Of a stretch of 64,000 nt of DNA, positions 1-13,699 are shown in pieces. Under the pieces are notes generated by a model that searched no databases, was not told where the DNA came from, and was given only the letters and a program-made list of their open reading frames with translations. The stretch spans positions 24,118,001 through 24,182,000 of the forward strand of contig OZ076411.1 in NCBI GenBank assembly GCA_964187785.1, read 5' to 3'. Source of the DNA: Amphiscolops sp. MND2022. Its lineage: Eukaryota. Every line of letters starts with the position of its first letter. Within the stretch, counting starts at the first letter, position 1. Made by a program: the position numbers and the translations under genes.

Positions 1-490
1 TTTCGGTTTCTTATACTTGGTCAAAATTTGAAAGATGAGAAACGCACAATACCACATGAGCTTTCAATACCAAACGCTCGCAAAGCAACGAGATGAACCA
101 CAGATGATCCTAAATCTGTGAAATATCTGGGTGTTCACCTGGATAAAAATCTGACCGTCGAAACCCATGTTCAAAGTGTACTTGGTAAAATAGCTAAACA
201 TGTATCAGTGGTAAAGCGGTCGAGACATATCTGTGAAAGTTCAATAGTTGTGAGATTTTATAGTTGTGAGATTCGTTAACTTTTGAAAAATGCCTTTTAT
301 TCAACGAGAAGAAAAACTGATAGAAATGTAGAAAGTCTTTTAACTCAAAAGAGCTCATTGATTTTGACACGAAATGTTAGCACCAATAGGTTTCATGAAC
401 CGCAGCAAGGTTTGGAAGATCATCGACAGTCTCTGAGGTATCGTGGAACGTTACTACTGAATCATCTTCTGAGGAAAAAAACTTTTGCCT
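1..490 (+). mobile_element. Decayed APE-type LINE, 3' part of ORF2 (RT thumb region)
   Basis: Manual translation near 115-270 gives KYLGVHLDKNLTVETHVQSVLGKIAKHVSVVKR, the YLG-x-x-D motif that follows RT domain 7 in CR1/L2/Jockey-like ORF2. Stops and frameshifts are present. Confidence 0.7.
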
Positions 491-859
491 CCTGATTACG
501 AGATATGGGAAAGCCGAAAGCTTAGTAGAAGTCGCCGTAACATCTGAAACCGAATAAAGGGTGAGTGTCTGGCTGATATTTTGTGTAATGACCTGTGTAA
601 TGAGGGTCCTCCCCCGTCTTAGTAGTTCTTTACTTTGGAAGGTCCCCTTTGACGTGGATAATTATCAATGGAAAAAATATGTTACCCGACTATACATTGC
701 CAACATTACCAAAGTAAATTAACTGCTTTTTCTCTGAAGGAACAAGATATCACTAGTTTACAATAGGCTTGTTTTTTGAATGAAGTTGGATGTGCTGCTG
801 CGTTGATCATAACTGCATGTGGAGCTGTGCCAATGTCGAAGCGTTTGTTTAACTGAATG

Positions 860-1680
860 GATTTCAAAACCTGCACCATTTAATCTTGTTTAACAAACCA
901 TTCAACACCTTCGGCTTGAGTCCATCGACGCTCGCAAACCAACAAATTGAACCATAGATGACACAAATTTGAGTTACACAGGGTCTTCTTTGTCTGAAGC
1001 CATGCTGCTGTTTCAGAATTTCGGTCGGAGTATTGTACATTGCAGAACAAATGCATCGCTCAAAGACTTTGGACAAGCGACTCAGTAGGGAAACTGGCCG
1101 GTATTCGTGAAGTCGATTTCGTGTTTCTTTTGTGCACTGGACCAATACTTACAGACTTCTATACTTTTGGATCAACGCACATTAGCTGAATTTCCAAGAA
1201 AATGACGTATAATGAATGACTGATTTCACACTTCATCTCTTCAAGATTCGGTCAGGACCCGTAGCTTTAATGGAATCAATTTCCATAAAACGACAAGCAA
1301 CTATTAGTTCGGACAAACAAAAGATTCCATCATTTATATTTCAGCATTGACAGTAGTTTGATTGGCTGGAGGGAACAAAAACCCGGTTCGAAGAAATCAG
1401 CGAATAGCGTTGCTCCGTTCAATCATGTTTTCTAGAATGTCCGATACAACTACAGAATCATCCTTCAATTGATCACAAGCTTCTTTTGTGTTACACCTTT
1501 TCACTCCGCGGATTCGAATCGACAGTAGGAATAATGATTGTTGCATCGGTTGTTTTATCACTAGCGCTTTTCTCGAGTTTTATATACTCAGAGCTAATGG
1601 CTCCCATGTTGAGCGAGTTGTTCAACGTTCAGGTTTCAATGTTTCTTCCACTTGATTGCGGGATTCTCGACTGTTAGTTT
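860..1680 (-). mobile_element. Decayed LINE ORF2 fragment (RT N-terminal domains)
   Basis: ORF 864..1145 has YRPVSLLSRLSKVFER and QQHGFRQRRPCVTQ. An upstream KATGPDRI motif reads on the minus strand at ~1250-1275. Confidence 0.75.
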
Positions 1681-2535
1681 CGTCTCTGGTTCCCTTCATA
1701 GCGCAGTTGTTACAGAGCAATAGTAAATCCATGCGGACCTCTTCAAGGACAGTTAGCACATTATCAGTCTATGCAGTACATCTTGCTGTCCAACACATAA
1801 CAAGTTGACAACCATGTCAAACAAATCCGGAGCCCTTGGCTACATTGTTTTGACATCTTTTACACCCTGTGTCACCAGCCATGATACTCGATGATCCTGT
1901 TACGGTACTCCCTGTAAGAGATTACCCAAACAAAAGCTGAAATAACAGGCAGAACCACTATCAAAAAACTGAAACAAAGATTTGTCTCCAGGGGTGGGTG
2001 CAGAGGAGAAAATTAACCAATATGAAAACACGAATTTAATAAAAGTTTTCTACTTGAGCAACCAATCGGCTCATAAAAACGTTGAATTGTTTTGTAACAA
2101 AAAAATCGTTGCTTCGAAGATGCAACTGTACTCAATAACATCTGAAATAGAAGTTGAAATGATCAGAGATAAAGATTGTCGATTCTAAATTTTTTGAGAG
2201 AAACGTACAACACGAGGCGACATCTCCTCCATGAAACTTACAGATGGATCAGGTTTCCACCATTTCATACTTTCCTTCCAGGCTTCCCAAAGCTTTGAGA
2301 AAACTGTATCTGAAAGCAATTATTTGAACGGTAGTTTCGAAATTAATTTGAATTTAACTCACGACTATTTGAACTTGTATTCGATATTTACGATTGATTT
2401 TGATCTTTTGAATGATTTGGAAGGGTGTCATTGGAACAAGTTTTTGAATTATATCTTCGAGGGGATACAACTGGAAGGATCTAACACAAAGGATTAAATG
2501 ATTCACATCTTTTTTGTTTTAATTATTATTATATG

Positions 2536-2640
2536 GTAGTCAGCTACGTTCACATAGCCCTAGTGCCATAAATGCAGATCGAAACGGAAAAGAGTGACGT
2601 TCGATATGGTTATGCCTCAATATTGTTTTTTGGCGAAAAG
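2536..2640 (-). repeat. SINE 3' core/tail fragment (GCTGACTAC family)
   Basis: gtagtcagctacgttcacatagccctagtgcc matches the cores at 18011, 20359, 39319 and 51510. Confidence 0.55.
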
Positions 2641-3229
2641 CGCTAAGCAAGCATACATAAAATATGCTAAATGACAGTGTTAATACATCGATTCAATAGA
2701 TAACAGCTGTTACAGCACTTAACCAGAACGAAATAATTTCAATTGATTGGCTGAAATTTCTGCGGTGGGACCAATTTTTCACTATCTGCTGTTTGAATCA
2801 AATCCTAAACGAGAATACTTATTAGATCATAAAGTGATTAGACAATCTCCTCGTGTCGTATAAAGTTCGAAATCTAGTACATTGTTCCTATGTTTCTCTC
2901 AATTTGTTTTCAAGTTGTCCTTAGTGTTATCGAAATCAATTAAACATTGGAAAAAAAAACCTCCTTTGCTCAGTGATTCGACAAAGTGGTGTTCTATCAA
3001 AACATTTTTTTTATGTCTTAGTGAATCTTTTTGGGATAATGCTGTCAACTGATTACCACTCTCTCAAAGACTGGTAATCCGAAAACCAGCAACGATAAGG
3101 AGAGATTTGTCGTTCAGTCATTTCGTGAACAAAAAACTCAGAATCAATTATTTCAGAACATCATCAATCACAGTGTGCCCAAGAACGAAAAGCTCGTTGT
3201 TTGGCACAACATGTATAGAGATTGCACAA

Positions 3230-5110
3230 AACCTCGAGATTGCGGCATATGTGGCGCGAAACCTGCCCTTCCCAGCTATGAAATCCCAGCTATCGGCAAA
3301 GTTTGAAGTGCAAGCAAAATAAACGGGCAATGGTTGCGACACTGTGCAAAGTTGCTGGTGCAAAAAAAAGAAAAACGTGAACCACGCCTCTGACATGGCC
3401 GATGAACAAGTTATCAAAACAAATGAAGAAAAAAGCAATTTACGCAACGGGTTGAAGAAGTAAACCATGTACAACCTGCTCCCAAATGGGAAGAAGTTGA
3501 AGGTATTGTACATGAGCTAAACATGCAGAAAGAAGCAGGATCTTCGATCACAACAATTTCGCCGGAAATGGCAAAAGAGGGGTTCACCCAGCCTTACATT
3601 ACATGCGCAACTCATCGAAGCATATGATGACCACTTAATGAGACATGAATGGTCATTCGACTGTGAAATAATATGGAAAAGACGCACGTACACACATCCA
3701 GTTGCAGTTATTGAAACTGAGGAACGTTACGATTTAACTGGACGAGACATTACGTATATCAATCAGATTAAACTCTTACAATAGTTGAACCTCATTGCAC
3801 CTTTACACCTTTACCAGCTGTTTTAATGTCAACCTGCCACAATAAAACTGAAACGAAAAAACGCGAGTCATAGAATATGTCAGCGGTGGTCTACGTCCAT
3901 GTCTGCTGGTAGGAAAATTCTAACTACTCACCAACCATAAACCGCTGAAGTTCATCTCTTTTCCGAGCCAAAAGATTCGCAGGACAGCCTCAGCGAGAGT
4001 TTGCATGTGGGCTATCTCTTCGATGGCTTTCGATTATGATGTCGTTTATCTGGAAAGCCTTGAGTCGCCTCCAATTTCAAACTAGTGAAGACGATGAGCT
4101 TGAAGCCACGAAAGTTAACAGTGAAGTCAATTTTGAAGCCTGGAAAGCAATATCCCTAAGTGAACTCAAAACTGAAGATTCAACGTACTTTCTGATTCAG
4201 ACCGTGATAAATCACATTCTTAGCGGCAAATGGTTGGACTGTTCCAACAAAAACTGCCTTCCAAAAAACTAGCACAATTTCTGGATGTTGCGAATGACAT
4301 AGTGTATGACGGTCTAGGACAATTTATACTTCCCACACTACAGCAAAACGCTATCGAAAGAGCTGATGAAAGTGATACAGGTATTATGGCAACCCAAAAA
4401 AATGAAGGAACTTTTTCATCCGCGGGCCCGATTGAGCCGCAATATCAGGAGCTACATGATAAGCGGCATCGAACGTAACGAATTTGGACCTCGTGTGGGA
4501 AATTTCATCGAAACGTGGCGCAAAGTTGCAGTGATCGCTCATCTGAAAACATCAAAAAGTGTCTACCGTCAGTGTCTGCCCATTTTCGGGTACCATACAC
4601 TTTGAGTGAGCTTTCACTCATTGTTACAATGAATCCTTTACAGAAACACGACCAAAGCACATGACGAGACCTCTGCGCAATGGATCTTTGGGAAACCTTT
4701 AAAATTACCAGCTGTTGTTGACCTTGAAATTGGCCAGCCATGATCGAAGGAGCAACTGACGGACATCTTGCTATACCTGCAACATATCTTTTTCGTGAGG
4801 GGACAAACACTGTTTGGATAATTCCACAGAATGATGATAGGTCCATAATTGTTAGCACAACCCTCAGTTGCCAAACGTCCATCCACCAGTCCTCTACCTG
4901 CATTCTTGCCGAAGACTTCCATGTTTATGGAATCTTGTGAGACGACAGGTTTTTAATGAAATCCTTGTCGCTCCTGATCAGATGCCGAGGTGCGATGGCC
5001 TCGCGAACACTGAAATTAAAGTCAGTGTAAATGCAAGGGTGTGTAAACTCAATCCATTGTTCAGTGACTTCGTTATAAATTGAATGAATGGCTTTTCTTT
5101 TGGAGGACAT
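3230..5110 (+). mobile_element. Heavily decayed Ty3/Gypsy gag-pol fragment (gag knuckle, RNase H end, integrase)
   Basis: Degenerate CGICG..PAIGK knuckle at ~3240-3350. TNHKPLKFIF and AFDYDVVY..ALSRL (RNase H 3' end) at ~3930-4075. Integrase zinc-finger-like ESDTGIMAT at ~4370. Many stops. Confidence 0.75.
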
Positions 5111-5419
5111 GTCGCCATGTGTCGTGTGGCCACCTTACGATATTTTCATTTTGTATTTTAGTGCCTGTAATGTTAGCGAGTTCCAAAAAATACGGAAGAC
5201 AGAGCTGCACAAACACTGAAGTAGGCAGTCTTCCTTAATTTAAATTCAAAAAATCAAAATCAAATACGAAGTCAAACAAAAAAACCCAGTGCGAAGGAAA
5301 ATGTGATTACTGAATTTATCATTCCAGGTTTTGAATTTTGTATATATATGAAGTAGTGGATTTATATTGTATATGTATTGTATATATGTTGAAAGTAGTG
5401 AACTAGTTATTTGTCCTAA

Positions 5420-6082
5420 TAACATTTCAGTCAATTCTATTTGTAATTCCAAAAATTCAGGTAATTTTTCATTGCAGCGGGTCTGAACCAACCGAAAGAA
5501 TTTCGAAAGAATTTGGTTGATAGCAACATGATCGGCTTTGGATACCTCCTTTAGCTCAACAAGAGATGGGTGTCCCGACGAATCCAGTGTTCCAATGAGC
5601 ACGGCTACCATAAAGCGACCCGCGGAGTCGGTCGCTTCATCAACTTGAAAACAGGAATTCTTATCACATACCTTTGTCTGAATTTCAGATACAACTGACC
5701 GGTAAGTGTCTGGCAAATGCAGTTTACGTAGGGTTGATTCATCAGGAATGGACTTTTCAAGACATTTTTCCAAAGAAGTATTGAATACCTTATTTTCCAA
5801 TTTGTTGAATGAGATATTGGCTTCAATTAAAGCCTTGGATAATTCTTCAAAGAGGTAATCAATGACTTGCAGACGTTTTCCATTTAAGTTGCCCTGCCAC
5901 TTGTTTTTCTCGGAATCACAATGCTTATGTATATGGAAAATCAAATTATGATCGGAATAATCGAAGCGTTGAAGGCGCAATTTGCAAATGATAACGTTAC
6001 TAGAATCTTTGTAAAAGAATACACTATTGCTACCTGGTAAGGTCCTAATGAAAGCCTCTGCTGATAAGTTTACTTTATGCAT
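5420..6082 (-). mobile_element. Truncated hAT-type transposase resembling the CGGBP1-related family
   Basis: ORF 5246..6082 contains ALIEANISFNKLEN...LEKSIPDESTLRK...FQVDEATDSAGRF, with the first catalytic Asp in a DExTD context. The second D and the E are absent, and the C-terminus runs into non-coding sequence. Confidence 0.7.
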
Positions 6083-6120
6083 TTTGGCATGAAATGAATA
6101 TAACTATTGGAGCCTAAGCA

Positions 6121-6310
6121 AACTGACTAGGAAGAATGTAAAATTGTAGGATACACAACAGTATGTAGATATGTCTATTATAAAAGTACCGGCAATAAAA
6201 TACTAATACCAAGTTAGCCGAAGCGAACTGACTAGGAAGAATGTAAAATTGTAGGAGGGTACACTATAGTATGTAGATATGTCTATTGTAAAAGTAGCGG
6301 CAGTAAATTC
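6121..6310. repeat. Local imperfect direct duplication (~85 bp, two copies)
   Basis: aactgactaggaagaatgtaaaattgtagga...gtatgtagatatgtctatt occurs at ~6121 and ~6227, next to the 5' end of the hAT-like ORF. Confidence 0.8.
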
Positions 6311-6974
6311 CGTAGCATGATGACGTAAAAGTACTCGTTAACCAATCAGATTTTGCCTGCTGATTAAAATTGTTAAAATTGTTTATTTTTAACGTTGTTG
6401 ACTAAAAGCTCTAAACAACGGAAGTTGTCTTTTAAATTGTCCAATAGCATTAGACAACTTTTCCGTTCTATGACTAAACGTCATGTCACTAAAATTTATC
6501 AGGAGTTACGTTTCAAGCTAGGAGGTAATCACTGGTGTGCTTGAGGCTATTCTTTTGGATGTTCTGGATAGTTGGTGCGGATCGTCAAATGTTGTGATAC
6601 TGCCACTCATGGTATCTGGTCGGCTATATGCGAAGCTCGCTGACGAAGTTTCAGAACAGACATCCTCTGTTCATCATGGGTACTCAGCACAGTTTTCTTC
6701 TTTCGATAATTACTTGAAATGTCATGAAAATGTCAAGCAACTTCACCGACGCAATACTTCACTATTGGCGTCTATACCACCTGCGAATAGTGATTTGGAT
6801 AGATTACTAGGTTTTGCGAAAAATCTTGAGACGTCTAATCAAGTCAGAATGAATATTGAAGTTTTTACGCGAAATGTATTTTTGAAAATGACTGAAGGTG
6901 TCGATTAATTATTCGAAGGTGTCGATTAGTTAAAACAGGTGTTACTAAAGTTGTCACAACACGTTCTTGTACCG

Positions 6975-7337
6975 TCATGTGTTTGAGTACACATTACCCG
7001 GTCCGGGGACATTGGAACATCCCGGTGTCGAAACATCCTGAAGATTACTGCTAATTTCGTCTCTAGAGTTAAAGTAGTTGTGTTCCAGTGGAGCCGAGTT
7101 AGACAAACTACCTACTTTTGCTGACAAGTTTTCTATCAATTTTAGAATTTCTCTCTGAAAATGCTCAGTATCTCTCAGACGCTTAGACACTTTGTTCTCA
7201 ACTTTACTGGATATATCTTCAAAGTATTGCTCTGATATACAATTGTTTTCGTCAGTCTGTAGACTAGACTCTTCTGCTAACTCATTGTCATCTAGGGGGT
7301 CTCGTCTTAGTTTCCTTTTTTGAGATCTTTCAGGCAT
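6975..7337 (-). pseudogene. Uncharacterised TE ORF remnant, probably a gag-like N-terminus
   Basis: 120-aa ORF with a basic N-terminus (MPERSQKRK) followed by a predicted coiled coil. Same layout as the 22500-23130 remnant. No diagnostic motif. Confidence 0.35.
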
Positions 7338-9899
7338 AATGAAGGAAACGGTTTGAACTCACACTTCGTTTCCACTCGGCTTCCTTCCTAGGCGGGAAAA
7401 TCCGAATTAGGTAAGATTCCTTAGGTCTCGGCATTCGGCTTCATATCACTTCAAGAAAAGTGGGAATTCCCTTCCTGCCGAAGTCCTGATTCCGCCTTCC
7501 TTCTCCTTCATTTCCCGCCAATTTGTGACGCCGAGTACAAACTTGGCAGTGGAAGTTCATGAACCTAGCAACTGACGCGGGAAAAAATGCTAATTTTACA
7601 TCGAAACAAAAGGGAAATTAATCACAGATATCACAAAATATGAAATAAGTACATTTTCCAACTTGAATAATATTTAGGTAATCCTCAGAACTAACAATTT
7701 CACACTGATTAGACAATTAATTTTCTCGGTCGCACCTCTGGTAGCTCGTTCTAATCTAAATCGACTGGACGGTAGACCAGAGTGTTGACTCAGAAAGGGT
7801 TGAACAAATTTCACTATTAGTAGAACATTTAACAAAACGCATATTAGAATGGTTAATACATGGCGGGGGAGAGGTAATACTGCATTGGTGAGTGTGACTG
7901 ATGTACATTTTTAAATCACCTGGTTTCATCTTTTCTCCGAATAATGTAAGTTTAAATTGTCGGTAGGGGGACTAGGGTGTCATCCAGGATTCAGACAAAT
8001 GTATTGTGTCATGAATGACATATTGTCATACTTGTATGTCATGAATAGTAATACTGCTTATTTGACTACTATTCATCATTTTAACGTCTTACAGATTCGA
8101 TTAGGATCGTATAAGTATTATACAGTATACATTGGTCGTAACAAATCTTTAGGAAATTTATAGGCAACTGGGAGTTGATTTCAAAATTGTATGGTTGGAA
8201 GATTGCCTGGGTGGTTGACTCAAAGTTAGTAAAATCAAGTCTGTTCGTTAGCATCAATTTTGCATCATTAGGTAATTATTCCATCGTTTACATTCATGTT
8301 CTATCGTATTTCAGCTTCTTTTAATCTGGGATTACACTATGGTTAGCACAGAATGTTGATTGTCTAAGCCATCTTTATTAATTATTCGGTCGAGCGACTG
8401 GGCGGTCATCCCAGATTTCGGTCGACTGGAGAGTTGACTAAGATGACTACTCCGCTAGCGCTGTTCATTTGCGCTAATCGCTGATTGGCTGATTTATGAG
8501 AGAATGAAAATTGATTCGTTTAGCTCCGCTGCAATTGAGGCAGTAAGCTAGTCGGTATGCTGGTTGGATTAATTCCACTCGTCGCACCGGCCATTTTACT
8601 GTAAACAAATCACCTTTATAGCACTTAATATTATTTAAGTACTTACATATTTATGTATTTTAGGTACTGCACTGGGATCAATTTATTAATATTATTTAAA
8701 TAACTGTTTAGTTGTTCTTCGGTGTTAGTGGGTGTTTGTTGGTTTACTTCTTTCAGGTTCTCATGTTGTTATTTCAGTCATCTTCTCCACTTTCCTCTTC
8801 AGGCGTTCTCAATTGATCTGTTTCCTCGCAGCACCGCTGGGGCTGTGACATCATGCTTCACGATACTGAACACAGTCAAGTTTGTCACTGTGTTTGCTAT
8901 TTGAACATTTAAAATACAAAAGAAAATACATTTTTTTCCATAATTGTTTTTAACAGTTGATGATCTGCTCTCAACTGATAATTATGTTCAGTTGTTAAGC
9001 ACTAATTATTCGATTCCTTTTATGCGAATATCTCAAACCCCAAAACGGATACGGACACCATGTTTTCACTAAAAGTTGCGCAGGATCCTAAAGTACAAAC
9101 TCTCGAGAAAAACTTGGCTTCATGGGTTTTTTTGAAGAGAATTTTTGAAAGAACGCTTTTTTCACCATTTTCTTTTTCGATTCCCTATATCTCAGAACTG
9201 AGACCAAATACAGGATCCATGGTTTCGTAAAATGTACAAGTGTTTCAAAGGCTACAATTTTGCCCAAAAAATGACTTCAAACTTTTTCCACCCTTGTTTT
9301 TGGGCAAAAAAGATATGAAAAACCATCGAAATTTTTTTTCTCATTCATAGCTCATATTTCTCCAAAGCGATACCAGATACACAAACCACTGTCTTTTGAG
9401 AAAAACAGCAGGGATATAGGCTACTATTTCGACCAACAAACTTTTCCTCATCAAGTTTGACGACCTCGGTTTTCTGCTACAAACTTTGATATTAATAAAA
9501 AACAATATTTGTTGGATGTTTTAAACTTGAGCTCCTACATCTCGTGACCGTGACCGATTATAGGGTTCATGATTTTGTTAATTATACCAGGCTTCAATAG
9601 GCTACGTACTACTCTAAAAAAGACGTCGATTTGTTTTCGTTTTCAATTTTTTTGACCATATAAAGTAATGATAAAAATATTCTGAGCTTTTTGCATTTTT
9701 TCTAACTTCAAGCTAATTTTTCTCAGAACCGAAAACATATAGGAAAACCGTTTTCCCCACAAAATGGGGCAAAGTTGTAGACTGTTTGTACCATCAAAGT
9801 TGCCGTCATGAAGTTAGACGCCTTCGAGTTTTTGCCAAAAGTACATTTTTCCAGTTTCCTGAAAAAAATTTCGACCATCTTTTCAGTACTTTCATCGAA

Positions 9900-12620
9900 A
9901 TGTCCTGAAGATATCATCGAAACTTGGGCCCTGGTGCATGCTCATTCTGTTGCACCTTCTTCAGATCATTGAACGTTTCTGCTCGAGGCAAAGCGCGTCA
10001 TGCCGTCGAGCCTATGTTTTATGCTTTTTGCGATTTCTTCAAGATGTGAGTTCAACAAATTTCCTGTTGCCATAATACCAACATGAGTTTCATGAGCTTT
10101 TTCGATAATATTTCGCAATCGTATGGGAGGTATGAAAAGTCCTGGACCATTTTAACACTATGTCATTCCCGACATTTAGAAATTGTACCAGTTTTTTGGA
10201 AGCAGTTTTTGTTGGGTACAGTCCAACAATTTCAGCAAATAATGCAGTTTTTCACGTTATGAATCAAAGGGTACATTGAATTTTCGGTTTTGAGTACACT
10301 TAGGAATACTGCTTTGCAGTTTGCAACATTGACTTCACGGTAAAAATTCGTAGCTTCAAGTTCGTCGTCTCCCTTAGTTTGGAATTGGAGACGGCTCAAG
10401 GCGTCTGCATGTGGAATTAACCGGCTTCCCTGATAAACCACATCATAATCCAAAGTCATCAAAGTGATAGCCCACCTGCAACTTCTCGCTGAGGCTGATT
10501 TTTTGCTCTTGAAGAAGATGAACTTTAGCGGTTTATGGTCAGTGATGAGTTAGAATTTTTGTGCCGGCAAAAATAGACGTAAACAACAGACGACATTTAC
10601 CATGAAAAACGCTTCTTTTTCAATTTTAGAATGACGCTATCCCGTTGCCAACAGCCTCCTTATCAAGTAAACCACCGAATGTCTTTCTTGGGACAATACT
10701 CAGCGATGACATTTTCTGATGCATCGGTTGTCACGGTGAATTCGTTTTTTTATATTAAGGCTGGACCGAGAGCTTAGATGTTCTTCTTTCAGTAAATTGA
10801 AATCACTTGACATTTCGTTGTCTACTTGAAAGTTGTATCAGGTTTTCGTAACTCAGAGATTGGGGTTCAATTTAGTTGTGAAGTTCGGAACAAATTTCCC
10901 GTAGAAGGTCCCCAATTTACAAAATTGTTCCTCTTCTTCGACATTGAACGGAGGAAGTGTTCAATATTTTTTGACGTTTGAACCAAAGGACTGACTGCCT
11001 TTTGCTGAAACGATTTTTGATTGATGATTTCACCAGACTTTAATTCCTTCATTCATTCAGATAATTTTACGTTCCAATTGTTCCACATCTACTCTAATTG
11101 CTTCTTGTAATGACTGTACTTTGAAAAACCAGGACATCATCTTGAAAGATAATATTTTTTGTCAGAGTTTTCCGGGCTTCCTATGTTTTCTCTTGGAAAT
11201 GGCTGAAACAGTTTGTTAGAGCCTCTTCCCTTGGTACTGTCACTGTGTCGTAATTATAGAAACAAACTTCTGTGCATCCAATTCGCTCTGAATATATGCT
11301 GACGACAAGTCGATGCTCGCAAAAGAGTTAGCACTACACAATTTGTGAAGCAGTGTTTCTGTATCAGGCAATGGGTAAGCCTCTGTCATAGTTTTGTCAT
11401 TGACAAGGACTTTGAAGACTGCGCATGGTGGAATAGAACCTGCTTTTTTCTTTGCCAAACAACAGGCGAAGTGCTTAGCAACACACCAGGCACGACTTGT
11501 TCTATGATTTCCCGAGCTTTCAGATTTTCTCTTTTTTTCTTGACTTAATACTGTAAAGCTAAACGGTCTTTCAGTTTACGACAGAAGATGGGTTTGAACT
11601 TCTTGTTTTAATTTCATTGTTGCAGGTTGGCCTTTCACAGCTGGTAAAAGGTGCAAGGAAGTCCAAGTCTTTCAACTGGTTATTCTGGTTGACATGTGTA
11701 ATCTCTTTCCGTCCAAACCGGAACATTTCTCAAATTCAGTACAGCAACTCGATGTGTGTAAGTCCGTCATTACCATAACATTTCACCGGCCAGAAGCTAT
11801 TTCATTACTCACTAAGTGACAATCATAAGCTTCGATGAATTGCGCAAGTTTTATCAAACTCGGTGATTTTTTTTGCCTACATTTTTGTTTTGAAGTAATG
11901 TAATCGAAGATGCTGAATCTTACTGCATTTTGAGCTTATGACAGTCAATTTCATTTTTGTCTCATTTAGGAGCAGGTTGAACAAAATGTACATCCTCGAC
12001 ACTCTGCGTAAAATACGTTTCTTCAACGCTTGTTTTGATGTTCTTTCATAAACAATGTCTGAAGCATGATTCATTTTCTTTTTTTCTTTCTTGCGCCACC
12101 TGCTTTGATAAGTGTTGCGAGAAATCTATTCTTAGCGCCCTAGCATGAGTTGCAAACTTTTTTGTTGATGCCTGGGCATTCGCAAGATTGATGGGCAGAT
12201 ACTGCGCCACAACTAGCGCAAGCTGATGGTCTTGTGCGTAATCTGTTTCTGACATTGCGTTTCCTCTGCGAACATTCAACTAAAACCAAAAGACGAGGCT
12301 GATTCAAGGCCTGATGGAAACTTTTTTGTCTGAGATCTCTTTTGGAGTAATTGTAGCAGCTCTTCCACTGTCAAAATCTCGTTGAGTCGCAGTTTATCTA
12401 GAAGTTTGAGTTCCTCTTCTTTTATTCTCAAGCCTGCCAAAAATCGTAGTCTAATTAGTGCCGCTTCAGGATCTGCGGACGTTGTGAGAGTGCAAATTTA
12501 CCGTAACGAGCAGCATCTCTGAGTCTAGCCAGAACTTCAGTTTCATTTTCATCACTTCCTTGAGCATCTGAGCGCAGTGATAAGAATAGGAAGATGAAAG
12601 AAGTTTTGATGTGATGAATG
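9900..12620 (-). mobile_element. Decayed Ty3/Gypsy gag-pol, same family as 3230-5110 but inverted
   Basis: RT N-terminus EAYPLPDTETLLHKL..FASIDLSSAYIQ (ORF 11240..11458). RNase H end LDYDVVYQGSRLIPHADALSRLQFQTKGDDELEAT (ORF 10232..10462) closely matches ALSRLQFQTSEDDELEAT in ORF 4036..4272. AHETHVGIMAT at ~10070-10100. Confidence 0.8.
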
Positions 12621-13699
12621 AGGACACATTGCTTTGACTAAGCTTGAATATGATAATATATGCCCACTTGAGGCTGAGTTGCTCAAAGTAAATGTGGTTG
12701 TCAAGTTGATTCTCAGTGGACCGGTGTCAACTCAGTGATATGATTGTGAAACGTCCAAGACTTTTGCTTAACTTCCTTTGGTTAATTTCCGCACGTTTGA
12801 CAACGCCGTCGGTGTGAGAAGAGTAAAAGACCGGTATTGAAACTGCATCGAGCTCCAAATGGAATCCGTTAACGGTTCATACCCTTCGTAGGGATAGTGA
12901 GTCTTAGACTTCATATCGAAAGTTGTGAAAATGAATGTTAATTTTTCAAGATTACTGTCAAAGGAAATGATCGAACGAAATTTTAGAGAGACATTCAATA
13001 CACAATAGATTATGCCCGCAACAATGCGTTTCGAGTAGATTGGAAAAAAAAAGATCAAAAAACGACTGGTATTCAATATGGCAGAAAAATGACATCGGGT
13101 CAAGGATTTTTTTCAACTTTGGATTAGGGACGTAAATCAACTGCTAGTAGATCAGTCGAATGAGTACACATTTGCTTTTTGGTGTTTGAATCTGTTTGAG
13201 TTGGCCAACCGATTCCAGAAGAACTGAAATTGCCCATAAATGTTGAATCTATTTTCAACCCCAAAACAGCATTTCTATCACTTAGAATGAAAATTCGGAT
13301 TTTGTGACCGCTAGCATGATGTCCAATTGAAACAATAAACGTTTTATTCAGTTGTAAAAATTGGAAAACAAGTGAGGATAAAGCTGGTAAGCATCACGTC
13401 AACAAAAAGACAACTTAGAGAGAATTCGTACTCAGCTATAAAACCAGTTGTAAGTTTTGATGATGACATCATTTGGGACAAGAATCAAATGATCACCATG
13501 GGAGCCGGAGGAACGGTCATATTGAGCGATAACACTCAGAGAACCGCCCATGAGACCAAAGATTTCTATTACAAAATCAGAAAACAAAATCAAAATCTAA
13601 ATTCCAATGTTAGAATTAATCACACGGAGGCGACGTTTCAAAACCTTTCTGCCTTTTTCCAAATGTTTCAAATTGATTGTTATTTCACCAAAAGACAAT

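Noticed and set aside
7520-7545. tRNA-Ser primer-binding site (TGGCGTCACG-like)
   Set aside because: It reads CGGCGTCACA on the minus strand, with mismatches and no adjacent LTR-terminal CA or paired LTR.
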